Source: a virus
Reading direction: 5' to 3' (one strand)
Length of the DNA: 64,000 nucleotides
Virus record (IMG/VR): IMGVR_UViG_3300045988_182799
Part shown: positions 55,073 through 63,973 of the stretch, piece after piece
Layout of the letters: the number at the start of each line of letters is the position of its first letter
Position numbering within the stretch: position 1 is the first letter of the stretch
Translations under genes and position numbers: made by a program
Notes under the pieces: model-generated
The model's input: the letters and a program-made list of their open reading frames with translations, nothing else
Told to the model about the DNA's origin: nothing
Database searches by the model: none

Positions 55073-55306
55073 TTATTTCTTCGTTTTCTTCCCGGCTTCT
55101 TTCAAAATAGTCACCTTCGTCTTCGGATGCAGCTTATCCTTTACAGCTTCATATTCTTCTGTCGTCCCCTCAAAGGTGATTTTACTACCTCCTGCTACCA
55201 TCGCTTTTTGCATATCAAGAGAGTCAATGCACTGTGCGGATTCCGTATGAACTCCAATGATAGTTCCTGTTCCGCGTCCTCTCGGACTTATCACTTCATA
55301 TACCAT
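55073..55306 (-). CDS. small hypothetical protein (77 aa)
   Basis: RBS AGGAGG. Its 5' region overlaps a GCTACGC repeat. Confidence 0.5.
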   Translation of the reverse strand: MVYEVISPRGRGTGTIIGVHTESAQCIDSLDMQKAMVAGGSKITFEGTTEEYEAVKDKLHPKTKVTILKEAGKKTKK

Positions 55307-55490
55307 GTTTGGCTACGCCTCCTAAAAAGAAAAAGAACGACGGCTACGCAACCAGCGACCAGTTTCATGGTGGCAGCTACGCTTCCGTCGTTCATAAACT
55401 CCTTTGCTATTGGCAGCGATGCTTTCATCCTCTGCCTACGGTTCGTTCCACGCGCACCTACGGTTTCACCCGCCGGGCTACGCTTTAATC
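55307..55490. repeat. intergenic cluster of six GCTACGC / CCTACGG heptamers
   Basis: Copies at ~55312, 55343, 55376, 55435, 55457 and 55477, spaced 31, 33, 59, 22 and 20 nt (about multiples of a helical turn). Confidence 0.6.
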
Positions 55491-55673
55491 ATCGTCGTCT
55501 TTGAGTGCGTTATAGGCAAAGAACCCATAAAGGCCAAAGAAGTACAGCGTAATAACCCAAGTGGGAAGGTATTCAGTCACGCCGGTCAGCGTGAAGACAA
55601 CAGCCATAATACAAGCCGTTACCAGAAACTGCGAATCGACGTACAGCACCAATCCGATGTTAAAGCCTTTCAT
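55485..55673 (-). CDS. small hydrophobic protein (62 aa) with DDDD C-terminus
   Basis: Two TM-like segments ending ...NALKDDDD. Confidence 0.45.
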   Translation of the reverse strand: MKGFNIGLVLYVDSQFLVTACIMAVVFTLTGVTEYLPTWVITLYFFGLYGFFAYNALKDDDD

Positions 55674-55675
55674 CT

Positions 55676-56341
55676 TTATGCCTCCTCAAAGTAGTCTCTC
55701 AGCGAGTCAGAGACTTTAACTCGTACAGTATCATCCCACGAGTCGTATTTGTTCTCCGGATACGAAACATCTTCAACCGAACTCAGCTTCCAGGTAGAAA
55801 CAGGTTCACCATCTTCGATGCGAACAATGGTAGGAGCGCCGATACGCTTCTCTCCAATTTCGTACTTGTTCTTATCCTTATCGCTTATCGTGTAATCTGC
55901 CAGGTAGTCTTGCAGCCAATTGAGAAGTTCATCATACCCTTCCCCTGCTGCTTTTGTCATCACAGGAGCACCAGTATTCTCGTCGTATGCGTAGATGTCG
56001 CGGTACTCATCGATTTGGCAGTAGTAAACGGTCTGGTTCTTTTCTTTGGCAATACTGGTAAGTTCAGGAATCAGGTTGCGGCAGTAAGGGCAGCGAGGAT
56101 ACGCAAAGATAACGATGCCATCTTTGATTTCTCTCGCCTGTGTCGCAGTCACTTCAACATAGGTGTTATTCCAGGGAACACCTACGGTTTGATAGGTATA
56201 GTCAGCAGCTACGCTCGGCTTCTGGTTGTTGTATCCAGAGTAGCTTCTTGCAACTACGGCTCCATCACTACTGGCTACGCTAATTGCAGCAGCCATTGCC
56301 AGCGATGCAACTACGTAAGGAACAATGAATTTCTTAGTCAT
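55676..56341 (-). CDS. secreted thioredoxin-fold protein with CxxC (CPYC)
   Basis: Signal peptide MTKKFIVPYVVASLAMAAAISVAS and IVIFAYPRCPYCRNL. Its 5' coding region contains several GCTACGC-type heptamers. Confidence 0.6.
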   Translation of the reverse strand: MTKKFIVPYVVASLAMAAAISVASSDGAVVARSYSGYNNQKPSVAADYTYQTVGVPWNNTYVEVTATQAREIKDGIVIFAYPRCPYCRNLIPELTSIAKEKNQTVYYCQIDEYRDIYAYDENTGAPVMTKAAGEGYDELLNWLQDYLADYTISDKDKNKYEIGEKRIGAPTIVRIEDGEPVSTWKLSSVEDVSYPENKYDSWDDTVRVKVSDSLRDYFEEA

Positions 56342-56354
56342 TTCTCAAAACCTC

Positions 56355-56425
56355 AAGTGCCTACGGTCAGGAGCTACGCTTTGAGGTTTGTAGTTCTTCG
56401 GCTACGCTTCGGCAGCTACGCTCCT
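56355..56425. repeat. 5'-UTR cluster of four GCTACGC/CCTACGG heptamers
   Basis: Copies at ~56360, 56373, 56401 and 56415, between the promoter at 56457-56485 and the start of the thioredoxin-like gene. Confidence 0.55.
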
Positions 56426-56456
56426 TCCGTGTTTCGTCTTCTTTATTTTCATCGCC

Positions 56457-56485
56457 ATTATACCACGAATTCGTAATTGTCTCAA
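56457..56485 (-). promoter_or_regulatory. sigma70 promoter with family-like spacer (TTGAGA-caattACGAATTCGtgg-TATAAT)
   Basis: Perfect -10 and a 17-nt spacer containing ACGAATTCG. Confidence 0.5.
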
Positions 56486-56547
56486 TTGTGGTCCTTCGAT
56501 GTTCATAAAATAGTAATATTTGCTTTTGAGGTTTTGGACGTGCGCTA

Positions 56548-56838
56548 TCAGCTACGCTTCTTTTGAATGAGACTTAAAAGAGACTCTTTACTCTGTCGTG
56601 GAGGCGGCGGCAAAAGTGATGGAACGAGAATCGGGTCTTTCTCGTCTTCTATCTCTTCAAATTTCTCATCATCTCCGTCAAAGAACCAACTTGATTCCTT
56701 TACAGCTTCATCCGTTGCTACAAGGTCCTGCGTTATCGTACAGTCATCGCAATAGACTTTCGGGACGCCTACTCTACCCTCGAACTTCTTCTTGCATATC
56801 GGGCATACTCGAATTGCTATCATTGTTCTTCCTCCCAA
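56548..56838 (-). CDS. small zinc-ribbon protein
   Basis: CPICKK...CDDC pairs and an acidic/Pro-rich tail. Confidence 0.45.
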   Translation of the reverse strand: MGGRTMIAIRVCPICKKKFEGRVGVPKVYCDDCTITQDLVATDEAVKESSWFFDGDDEKFEEIEDEKDPILVPSLLPPPPRQSKESLLSLIQKKRS

Positions 56839-58196
56839 TACCCAGAATGAGTCAGCGGGTTAATACCATCGCGGCGGATTCCGTAGTCATCATATTTGTG
56901 TGCAGGCATAGGCGTGTTGTTCATATCTTTGAAGTCAATGAGTTTCTTACCCATAACTCTGCTGATTCCATCTTGCGTTCCTCTTTCACATACAATGTGA
57001 TAGCGCTCTTTGTTTGCTCTTTGGAATACAAGCTCTTCAAGCTCAATGATGGGAAAGATGAGCGTCTTATCTTCTTGGTCTTCGATGTAGGCTTCCACAT
57101 ACTCTCGCGATGAAACGGTGGTGTATCGTTCAGTCATTTCTGAAAGCCACATCTCAATCATACTGTTTAGGTCGCTTCGTGTTAGCGTTACTGTTCTGGA
57201 GAGAAGTTCTACGCCGAGCGTGTTGGTTGGAACGAAGTAGTTGCATGCGTACACCTGTTCGAGATTCGCAAGAGTCATCAGCTTATCCGTTATAGTGCTT
57301 CTGCTTGCGTTCTCGACTACCTTGCCGTACTTGTTGCCTGTGATGATTTTGGGAATCATGGCGCAAGTCTTTCCAATGATGACGCTTTTGGGTACAGACG
57401 CACACACTTCAGCAAAATCATCATTGGCTTTTGCTGCGTCACTGCTCTCAAAGAGCCTGGATATAGCTGCGACTCTGCGGCGCTCATAGGAGATAATCCA
57501 ACGCATCAACCTGTCCAGCGTGCAGTAAACGTAGAAGATTCCTTTGCAGTTTACTATCACTCCTACCAGACGGCTCATGCCAGTTGTGTATTCCTCGCCA
57601 ACTGTCTGTTCAGCCTTGATGGTTGCAGAGAGTTCGTCAGAGAGAAACAGCAGGCCTTTATCATAGAAGTAGTCGTCCATGAATCTTGCGTAGTCATCCG
57701 CATCTGCATTCAGAACATTTTCAAGACGGATATGTTCTTCCTTTGCGAGTTTGATGCCTGCCGCTCGACACATGCAGCTTACTACTTCCATACGGTTCAG
57801 CCGCCTGCCGTTTTCACCCTTGAGTCTCCGCTTCATAGTAGCTCGCTTTTGCCCATCCAGCGCATCACGAGCCGTGGAGCGGATGTACTTTACTCCATCT
57901 GGTGTTATACGCAGATGGTTAGATTCATCCTTGCGAAATACCTCTACATAGCCGTGCTTGACTGCATTTCGTACTGCCAGCGTAACGCTCTGATACGGCA
58001 TATCCGACAGTGCAATCACAAGCTGCCTGCGCTGAATGGAATCCACACTGTAGAGATAACACAGAAGCCTTTGCTCGTTTGTCATTTTGTCACCTACTAT
58101 TTGTATATAAGAAACGCTATGCCGTACCACCTGATACGCCGAAAGTCTATTACTGCGCCAAAAAACAATGAAAGGATACAACAATTTAAGGAGCAT
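56820..58196 (-). CDS. hypothetical protein (~420-458 aa)
   Basis: Intact ORF. The start is likely MTNEQRLLCYLY. Confidence 0.55.
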   Translation of the reverse strand: MLLKLLYPFIVFWRSNRLSAYQVVRHSVSYIQIVGDKMTNEQRLLCYLYSVDSIQRRQLVIALSDMPYQSVTLAVRNAVKHGYVEVFRKDESNHLRITPDGVKYIRSTARDALDGQKRATMKRRLKGENGRRLNRMEVVSCMCRAAGIKLAKEEHIRLENVLNADADDYARFMDDYFYDKGLLFLSDELSATIKAEQTVGEEYTTGMSRLVGVIVNCKGIFYVYCTLDRLMRWIISYERRRVAAISRLFESSDAAKANDDFAEVCASVPKSVIIGKTCAMIPKIITGNKYGKVVENASRSTITDKLMTLANLEQVYACNYFVPTNTLGVELLSRTVTLTRSDLNSMIEMWLSEMTERYTTVSSREYVEAYIEDQEDKTLIFPIIELEELVFQRANKERYHIVCERGTQDGISRVMGKKLIDFKDMNNTPMPAHKYDDYGIRRDGINPLTHSGYWEEEQ

Positions 58197-58253
58197 AAAA
58201 ACAGCATCCTGAAAATGTTGTATTTTGCAGTCCCCAAAATTGTTGTATCCGAG

Positions 58254-59027
58254 CTACGCTTCAATCCATCTTGTGATGTCTGATTTTTCGCACAAAATCA
58301 CATCCAGATAGGGTCCTTCTGAATCCTCTATGGCGGTATAGACGAAGCTCATTTGCTGCCAACCGTCGCCGTGCTTCAATACACGGCTGATAGCATTGGT
58401 GATAGCTCCTGTATAGACGTTATTATTGTCTATCGGCATCTTACCGCCTGGTCGGATACCTCTGCGAAATACCAGATACACAAGTCCTGATGGCACGTTG
58501 ATAGGCCCATTCTTTGAGATGTATTCTGTCACAGCTGCTTCGGTAATAATGTCGAATTCTGCATCCAAATAATACTGTCCGGTGTCGTCTTTTTCTTTTG
58601 CTTTGCGGCTGTACCACTCATAGTGAAATGGTGGCAAAAACGACTTATAGCGTACCGCCAGGAGCGCATGTTTTGGTGCTGATACTGAACAGAAATCATC
58701 TGGAATAGTGCCCATTCCAGCATCTTTTTTATACGGAACAGGCTTTTCTCGGCCTTGGAAAGATGCTAAAATCGAGCGTTCGGATTTCAAAAGTTCGATT
58801 GAAACACTATTCAGGATAGATGCTGAAATCTTGCTGAGTGGCATATCATCTTGGATTTGGCTCATCATAGCCGAAGCGTTTTGGACGTGTTTCTTTACAT
58901 ACCCTGCCGTATCATGGTAAAGAACCGGCTTCTCAGATGGTGAATCGGAACGGTTGGAAGCAGGTTTTTCGCTCGGCTTGTTTTCTTCGATGTATCGTTT
59001 GTAATCAATCAACGATGGGAACGCCAT
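58254..59027 (-). CDS. hypothetical protein (257 aa)
   Basis: Intact ORF. Confidence 0.55.
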   Translation of the reverse strand: MAFPSLIDYKRYIEENKPSEKPASNRSDSPSEKPVLYHDTAGYVKKHVQNASAMMSQIQDDMPLSKISASILNSVSIELLKSERSILASFQGREKPVPYKKDAGMGTIPDDFCSVSAPKHALLAVRYKSFLPPFHYEWYSRKAKEKDDTGQYYLDAEFDIITEAAVTEYISKNGPINVPSGLVYLVFRRGIRPGGKMPIDNNNVYTGAITNAISRVLKHGDGWQQMSFVYTAIEDSEGPYLDVILCEKSDITRWIEA

Positions 59028-59622
59028 CCCAAACCTCCTCGTCAGGAACCTGCTCGGTCACATCGAGGTTGTAATCGTCGTCAACCGTGCAGAAAAAGCG
59101 GATGCCACAGCCATCCAACAGCTCACGCTTTGCGCCAGGGCGCAGAATAGCGATACGAGAGGTAACGGACATCATATCTTCGCGAATACCGGCGTTGCGA
59201 ATCATATCAGCCGTAATGAGCTCCTTGCCTTTTTCAAACTCACAGACATAATAGACGCTGCTATCAAAGCAAAAGCTCAGCAACCAAGGGCTGGTGGCGG
59301 GAATCGAAAAACGACGGCTCTCCGGCAAAAACTCGCAAGCAACACGGAATGCACGGCAACGCTTACGATACAGGCTCGTCATAGTAATGTAATCGGCTTT
59401 GGCAAGGCCGTCATTGGTAGCATAGCAGGCCGGACGGCGGTTTGAACCTTTGCGGCAAGCGTTGTAGATGATTTCGCGAGCCTTGTTGGGTGTAATTTCG
59501 TACCGACGTGTCAGATATTCTTCCATCAGCGTATTAGGGATAACCGGAATGGAATCGAGCAGTTCGCGGATGTCAGTGTTGTGAATCTCAGACATAAGAA
59601 TGTCTCCTTTCAGTATTGGCAA
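59005..59622 (-). CDS. hypothetical protein (~195-205 aa)
   Basis: Intact ORF. Confidence 0.5.
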   Translation of the reverse strand: MPILKGDILMSEIHNTDIRELLDSIPVIPNTLMEEYLTRRYEITPNKAREIIYNACRKGSNRRPACYATNDGLAKADYITMTSLYRKRCRAFRVACEFLPESRRFSIPATSPWLLSFCFDSSVYYVCEFEKGKELITADMIRNAGIREDMMSVTSRIAILRPGAKRELLDGCGIRFFCTVDDDYNLDVTEQVPDEEVWDGVPIVD

Positions 59623-59727
59623 AATGTGTATTTGTCATATTTTGCGTTTGGTTGAGTGCTATCTTACACATAGCAGCGTTCAAATGCAGCGCTTTTAGAA
59701 ATGTGCAATTTGAGGTTTGACAAAAAG

Positions 59728-59805
59728 AAAAAGCACTTTTGAGATACACAAAAGCAGCACGTTTTATTTGTACCGGGCCATTGCATATCTCAAAAGTGCT
59801 GTTTT
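59728..59805. terminator. large inverted repeat (15-16 bp arms, 40-nt spacer) flanked by T/A runs; bidirectional terminator-like
   Basis: AAAGCACTTTTGAGATA ... TATCTCAAAAGTGCT, followed by TTTTCAG on plus and TTTTTCTTTTTG on minus. Lies 3' of the VirB4 gene. Confidence 0.5.
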
Positions 59806-59879
59806 CAGTTGGTATTGGTGATGTATCGTTATATTTTGCAGTTCAGAATGTCACATTCAGCAAATCCTCGTCATTGCTA

Positions 59880-62552
59880 TTAGAGTCGGACCCCACCTTT
59901 GGCGTTTTCAGCAGCCAGGCGTTCCTGTTCTTCTCTGTGCTGCTTCTCTTTGAGGGCTTTCTCTTGCAAATAGAAGCTCTTTGCATCTGTCGTGATTTCC
60001 TGCTTTTCATAAGGTGCGGCAACAAAGTCAACGAACAGCTTGGCGGAAGCGGCACAGACCAGACCTTGACCACGTTGCAGGTTGGAGACATTTTCCATCT
60101 CCGCATCAGTCAACTGAATGGCCGACTGCAATGCCTGCGCTTCAGACGGGATAAGGTGCATGATGATTTTGGTGTCAGCGTTACCGATGATTGCCTTACC
60201 ATACTTGCCGCCTTTATACTCGTAGAACTGAGAGATGTCCTGCGTCATAGCGAAAGCCGAACCACCGTAAGCACGAATCGTACGGAAAATTTCTACAACG
60301 TCCTCTGCTGCCATTTCGTTCGAGTCGGTGCCAATCAGCTTCCAGCACTCGTCGATAAATACGGCCTTGCGCTTCGTACGGTCCTCTTTAATTTTGGTCC
60401 AGACAAAGTCAAGAACAACAAACATCGACATTGTAAGGATTGCGCCTTTCATGCCATTGAAGTCAAACACGATGTATTTTGCTTTCAGGTCAACATTCGT
60501 GGGACGGTTGTAGCATGCCATAGAACCTGTAATCAGCGGGTTCAGGATATTGCAGATGCGATGGAGTTCAGGAACATTCTGCATCTCTTTTTGGAGGTCT
60601 TCCAGCAGAGGCATCTTTTTATAACCGCCGTGTTCTTTATCGAGAATCGATTCGTTATCATTGGTGATGCCGAAGTCCTTATAGCATCTGTAAAGACTCG
60701 TATCAATAAGCTGTTCCTCTTCCTGTGTCATATCCTTAACGACCAAGTGCAGGAAGGACTTGATGGTGTGAATTTTCTTTGTAAGCAGAGAACCAGTAGA
60801 CTCGTAGTCATCCAGTTCTTTAGCATCCGCATCGTCCGGCACGCGGATGTCCATGATGTTGATGCTATTGATGGAAGACGGGTCCATACTGATGAACTGG
60901 CCGTCAACCGCCTTACATCCGCCGCCATAGTCTTCCAAGCCCTTCAGCGGAGAGATGACGAATACTTGCGTATCCATCTCAGACAGACGCAATGCAAAGA
61001 GCTGTGCGGTAAAGGTCTTGCCATAACCGGAAGAACCGAGGATAACCGCGTTTGCATTGGCGTGAACGTCCGTATCGAACATGTCGATAGTAACAAGGGA
61101 GTTGTTGGCACGGTTTGTACCAATCATAACGCCATCAGGGTCCTGCATTTCAAAGGAAATGAACGGATAGCAAGATGCCACACCAGAGGTCAGTACGTTG
61201 CGCTGTGCTCGGCGCTTGATGTCCTTATGGAGCTTGCCAAGAGGAAGCAATGCAGACTCAAAGCACTCTTCCATCATAAAGTTCGCACGGCGAATCTTCA
61301 TGCCCTGGCCTTTAACGCGCTTTTCAAGGGAATTGTATTTGTATTCCAGCTCATCCAAACTATCACCAACAACGGTGATAAGAATACTCATGTAATAGAA
61401 TTCCTCACCGCTGGAGAGACCTTTCAGCATGTATTCACTGGAAGAAATCTTTTCCATGCGGGCATGATAATCCGAGTCGGTATCATGGCTATCCATTGCA
61501 TTGGCACGGCTCAAACGAAGCTGCGTACTGATTTTGTTGTAGACTGCTTCCCGTGACTGATGTTCGAAGAAAACATCCATATCAACACCCTCGCCAGCGT
61601 TGACGAAAGTAGCAATCCAGCCAGCATAGACACGCTGATTGTAGCCGGTGGACGGGATATAGGCGAAGGTGTAGAACTTTCCATCAATGACAATATAGTC
61701 ATAATGGGTAAAATCAATCCAGTCTGGCGCAATCAATTCCGTGGCATTCAGAGAGGTCTTTACGCCGTTCTTATCCGCTTCGGTATAGCGTTCAATGATG
61801 GGCGTAACGTGGTCGTGGAACGTAATAGTCTCACTCTTGCGACGGTTCAGCATCTGATAGAACAGCTGGTGTATACCGGCATCTTCGTTGCGGCTGCTGT
61901 CACCAAGCGCCGGGATAAAGATGTTCCCACACTGTTCCATGTGGGAACGTACGTTGGCAGCCATTGCGTTCAGGTCCGCCACAACCATATCAAAGTTAGA
62001 GCCATCATTACTGATGGTGCGCTGAAACTCGATGATGATAAAGAAGCGGCGCGTAATGCCAACAGACAACGCCGTTTTGCGAAGCAGGCCGATGTAGGCT
62101 TTTAGCATCCGCTTGCGCTTGATGTTCGTTTCTTCACGATAATAGGAAGTGACTGTAGCAATCGTCTTTTCGACATCTGCCTTACGAGCAAAAGTCTTGA
62201 ACTGAATGTTGACCGGCACTGCCTTGAAAGTCTGATAGAAGAGTGAGATGATGCGGTTCTGAGTTTCGGCGTCCATGTAACCGAAGTTGATGGGCCGAAA
62301 CTCAAGAATCTTCACATAACGGTGGTCTTTAGTAATGATTACGCCGTTATAAATATCTTGAACAGGAATGATGCGTTGTGTACTGCGAACGATTTGATAC
62401 CGGTCTGCATTAGCTTGCATCTCTTTGTCGATACGCTTACGTTCGGCGTTGGCAATCTCTTCACGCTCTTTCTTTGTTAGACGAACGCTTTCCAAGCTGT
62501 CCCCAACAACGCCATTCGGAACAGCTTGCTGTTTGTTTTTCTTTCTAAACAT
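59880..62552 (-). CDS. VirB4/TraE-family type IV secretion ATPase (890 aa)
   Basis: Walker A ILGSSGYGKTFTA, Walker B KAVFIDECWKL, and length/architecture typical of Firmicutes conjugative VirB4 (Tn916 Orf16 / TcpF-like). Confidence 0.9.
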   Translation of the reverse strand: MFRKKNKQQAVPNGVVGDSLESVRLTKKEREEIANAERKRIDKEMQANADRYQIVRSTQRIIPVQDIYNGVIITKDHRYVKILEFRPINFGYMDAETQNRIISLFYQTFKAVPVNIQFKTFARKADVEKTIATVTSYYREETNIKRKRMLKAYIGLLRKTALSVGITRRFFIIIEFQRTISNDGSNFDMVVADLNAMAANVRSHMEQCGNIFIPALGDSSRNEDAGIHQLFYQMLNRRKSETITFHDHVTPIIERYTEADKNGVKTSLNATELIAPDWIDFTHYDYIVIDGKFYTFAYIPSTGYNQRVYAGWIATFVNAGEGVDMDVFFEHQSREAVYNKISTQLRLSRANAMDSHDTDSDYHARMEKISSSEYMLKGLSSGEEFYYMSILITVVGDSLDELEYKYNSLEKRVKGQGMKIRRANFMMEECFESALLPLGKLHKDIKRRAQRNVLTSGVASCYPFISFEMQDPDGVMIGTNRANNSLVTIDMFDTDVHANANAVILGSSGYGKTFTAQLFALRLSEMDTQVFVISPLKGLEDYGGGCKAVDGQFISMDPSSINSINIMDIRVPDDADAKELDDYESTGSLLTKKIHTIKSFLHLVVKDMTQEEEQLIDTSLYRCYKDFGITNDNESILDKEHGGYKKMPLLEDLQKEMQNVPELHRICNILNPLITGSMACYNRPTNVDLKAKYIVFDFNGMKGAILTMSMFVVLDFVWTKIKEDRTKRKAVFIDECWKLIGTDSNEMAAEDVVEIFRTIRAYGGSAFAMTQDISQFYEYKGGKYGKAIIGNADTKIIMHLIPSEAQALQSAIQLTDAEMENVSNLQRGQGLVCAASAKLFVDFVAAPYEKQEITTDAKSFYLQEKALKEKQHREEQERLAAENAKGGVRL

Positions 62553-62561
62553 ATCGCTTTG

Positions 62562-63692
62562 TTACTCCTCGTCGTCAAAGATGGAGAACGAATCTGCGGA
62601 GAAGTCTCCATTGTGGCTGTTATAGATTTGCGGCTTAGCTTTCAGCGGACGAACAAGCGGTCCTGCTTGATTCTTCATACGCTCATTTGTGATGATGCGC
62701 GGTACGAACGGGCCATTGGGGGTTGCTGCTTCTTCGTCAAAGCTGATGTCAATTTCTTCCGGCTCGACGGATGCCATGCCATCCAGCAATGTCACATCAT
62801 CAAGACTCATTTCAGGAGTCTCGGTAATGGTTTCGACTTCGTCCAGCACAACATTCATCGTCTGTTCTTCGGATTGAGCAGGAATAAAGTTGGGGTCAGT
62901 CTGTTGCTGCATCTGCTGCATAGCGACTAACTTGGCACGATACTGAGCAGCTTTAATGCGTTCAGCCTTTTCGATACGGCGCTTAATGCGTTCCTGAACC
63001 ATCTTTTCGTGCTCTTCTTCTTGACGCTTCTTAGCTTCGGCTTCTTCCTTATGCTTCTGCTTCAAAGCAGCACGCGCAGCACGGCGTTGGTTGCGAGGCA
63101 AGGAATTGATAAACTCCTTTTCTTCCTTTGCACGTTGCTTTGCTTCTGCTTTGAGTTCTGCTTTTGTTTTGAGCTCATCAGGCTTTTCTACGAAGTCCTC
63201 ATCGTCATCGTAGTAAATCTGTAAATCATCAGCGGTAATATCTGCACTAATCGGTCCGTCTCCGCCGCCAAGTACCTTCTTCTTAAAGTTTTCCCATGCT
63301 TCTTTCAGCTTCTCCTTCGGGAGCATGCCATTTTCCTTCATTAGGTAGTCGGGTTCGAGCTCTGTTTTAATACGCGGATTATACTTGGAAATTCTACGAC
63401 TTTTGCGGAAATGAATTACGTGAGCCAAGAACTCAAAGAAGCTGTCATCCCCTACGCCGTGCGACACCGCTACGAATACTCCGGCACACACGATTGCGGT
63501 GTAGGCTACGGTAGACTCCACATCCCAGCCAAGTTGTGTCCACCCGTAAATAAAGATTCCAAGAAATGGAATCGCTACCACAACACCTTCGATGAAGTTC
63601 TTGGTTTTGAACGCACCACCAAAGACGTAGCCGGTATCGAACGAGTTCTTCGGAATCATGTAAACATTTGGCTGCTTTTCTTCTTTGTTCAT
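62562..63692 (-). CDS. membrane protein upstream of VirB4 (VirB3/PrgI/TcpE-like position) with long charged coiled-coil tail
   Basis: Start at MNKEEKQ (RBS GGGGAGGA). Two TM segments (FIEGVVVAIPFLGIFIYGW, AIVCAGVFVAVS), then a long Lys/Glu/Arg-rich region. Confidence 0.55.
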   Translation of the reverse strand: MNKEEKQPNVYMIPKNSFDTGYVFGGAFKTKNFIEGVVVAIPFLGIFIYGWTQLGWDVESTVAYTAIVCAGVFVAVSHGVGDDSFFEFLAHVIHFRKSRRISKYNPRIKTELEPDYLMKENGMLPKEKLKEAWENFKKKVLGGGDGPISADITADDLQIYYDDDEDFVEKPDELKTKAELKAEAKQRAKEEKEFINSLPRNQRRAARAALKQKHKEEAEAKKRQEEEHEKMVQERIKRRIEKAERIKAAQYRAKLVAMQQMQQQTDPNFIPAQSEEQTMNVVLDEVETITETPEMSLDDVTLLDGMASVEPEEIDISFDEEAATPNGPFVPRIITNERMKNQAGPLVRPLKAKPQIYNSHNGDFSADSFSIFDDEE

Positions 63693-63973
63693 TACTGGTT
63701 GTCCTCCCCTTCCGGGACGATTGCAAGCATCACAGTGCAGCACTGGTGGAAGAGACTTACTGCAAGCTCTTTATTCTTATCCAGCTCAGACAAGAGAAGT
63801 GCGGATTCTTTTACACTTGCAACAACGCCATTTTCACTCACGTTCAATGACACAAACGCTTGGTTCTCTCTGCATGACGCTTCAATGGCAGACATATCCA
63901 CATCATTCAATTCGAGAAAAGCAGAAACCGTCAACTCTACCGCATTGTTCCGTACAGTACAGGAAACAAACAC
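63692..63973 (-). CDS. hypothetical protein at window edge
   Basis: ORF reaches to within 27 nt of the window end. The true start may be at 63973 or beyond the window. Confidence 0.35.
   Translation of the reverse strand: MFVSCTVRNNAVELTVSAFLELNDVDMSAIEASCRENQAFVSLNVSENGVVASVKESALLLSELDKNKELAVSLFHQCCTVMLAIVPEGEDNQ

Noticed and set aside
55307-56560. CRISPR array as explanation for the GCTACGC repeats
   Set aside because: The repeat unit is only 7 nt and spacing is irregular (13-59 nt). Copies occur inside a coding region, and there are no cas genes; this is not CRISPR architecture.
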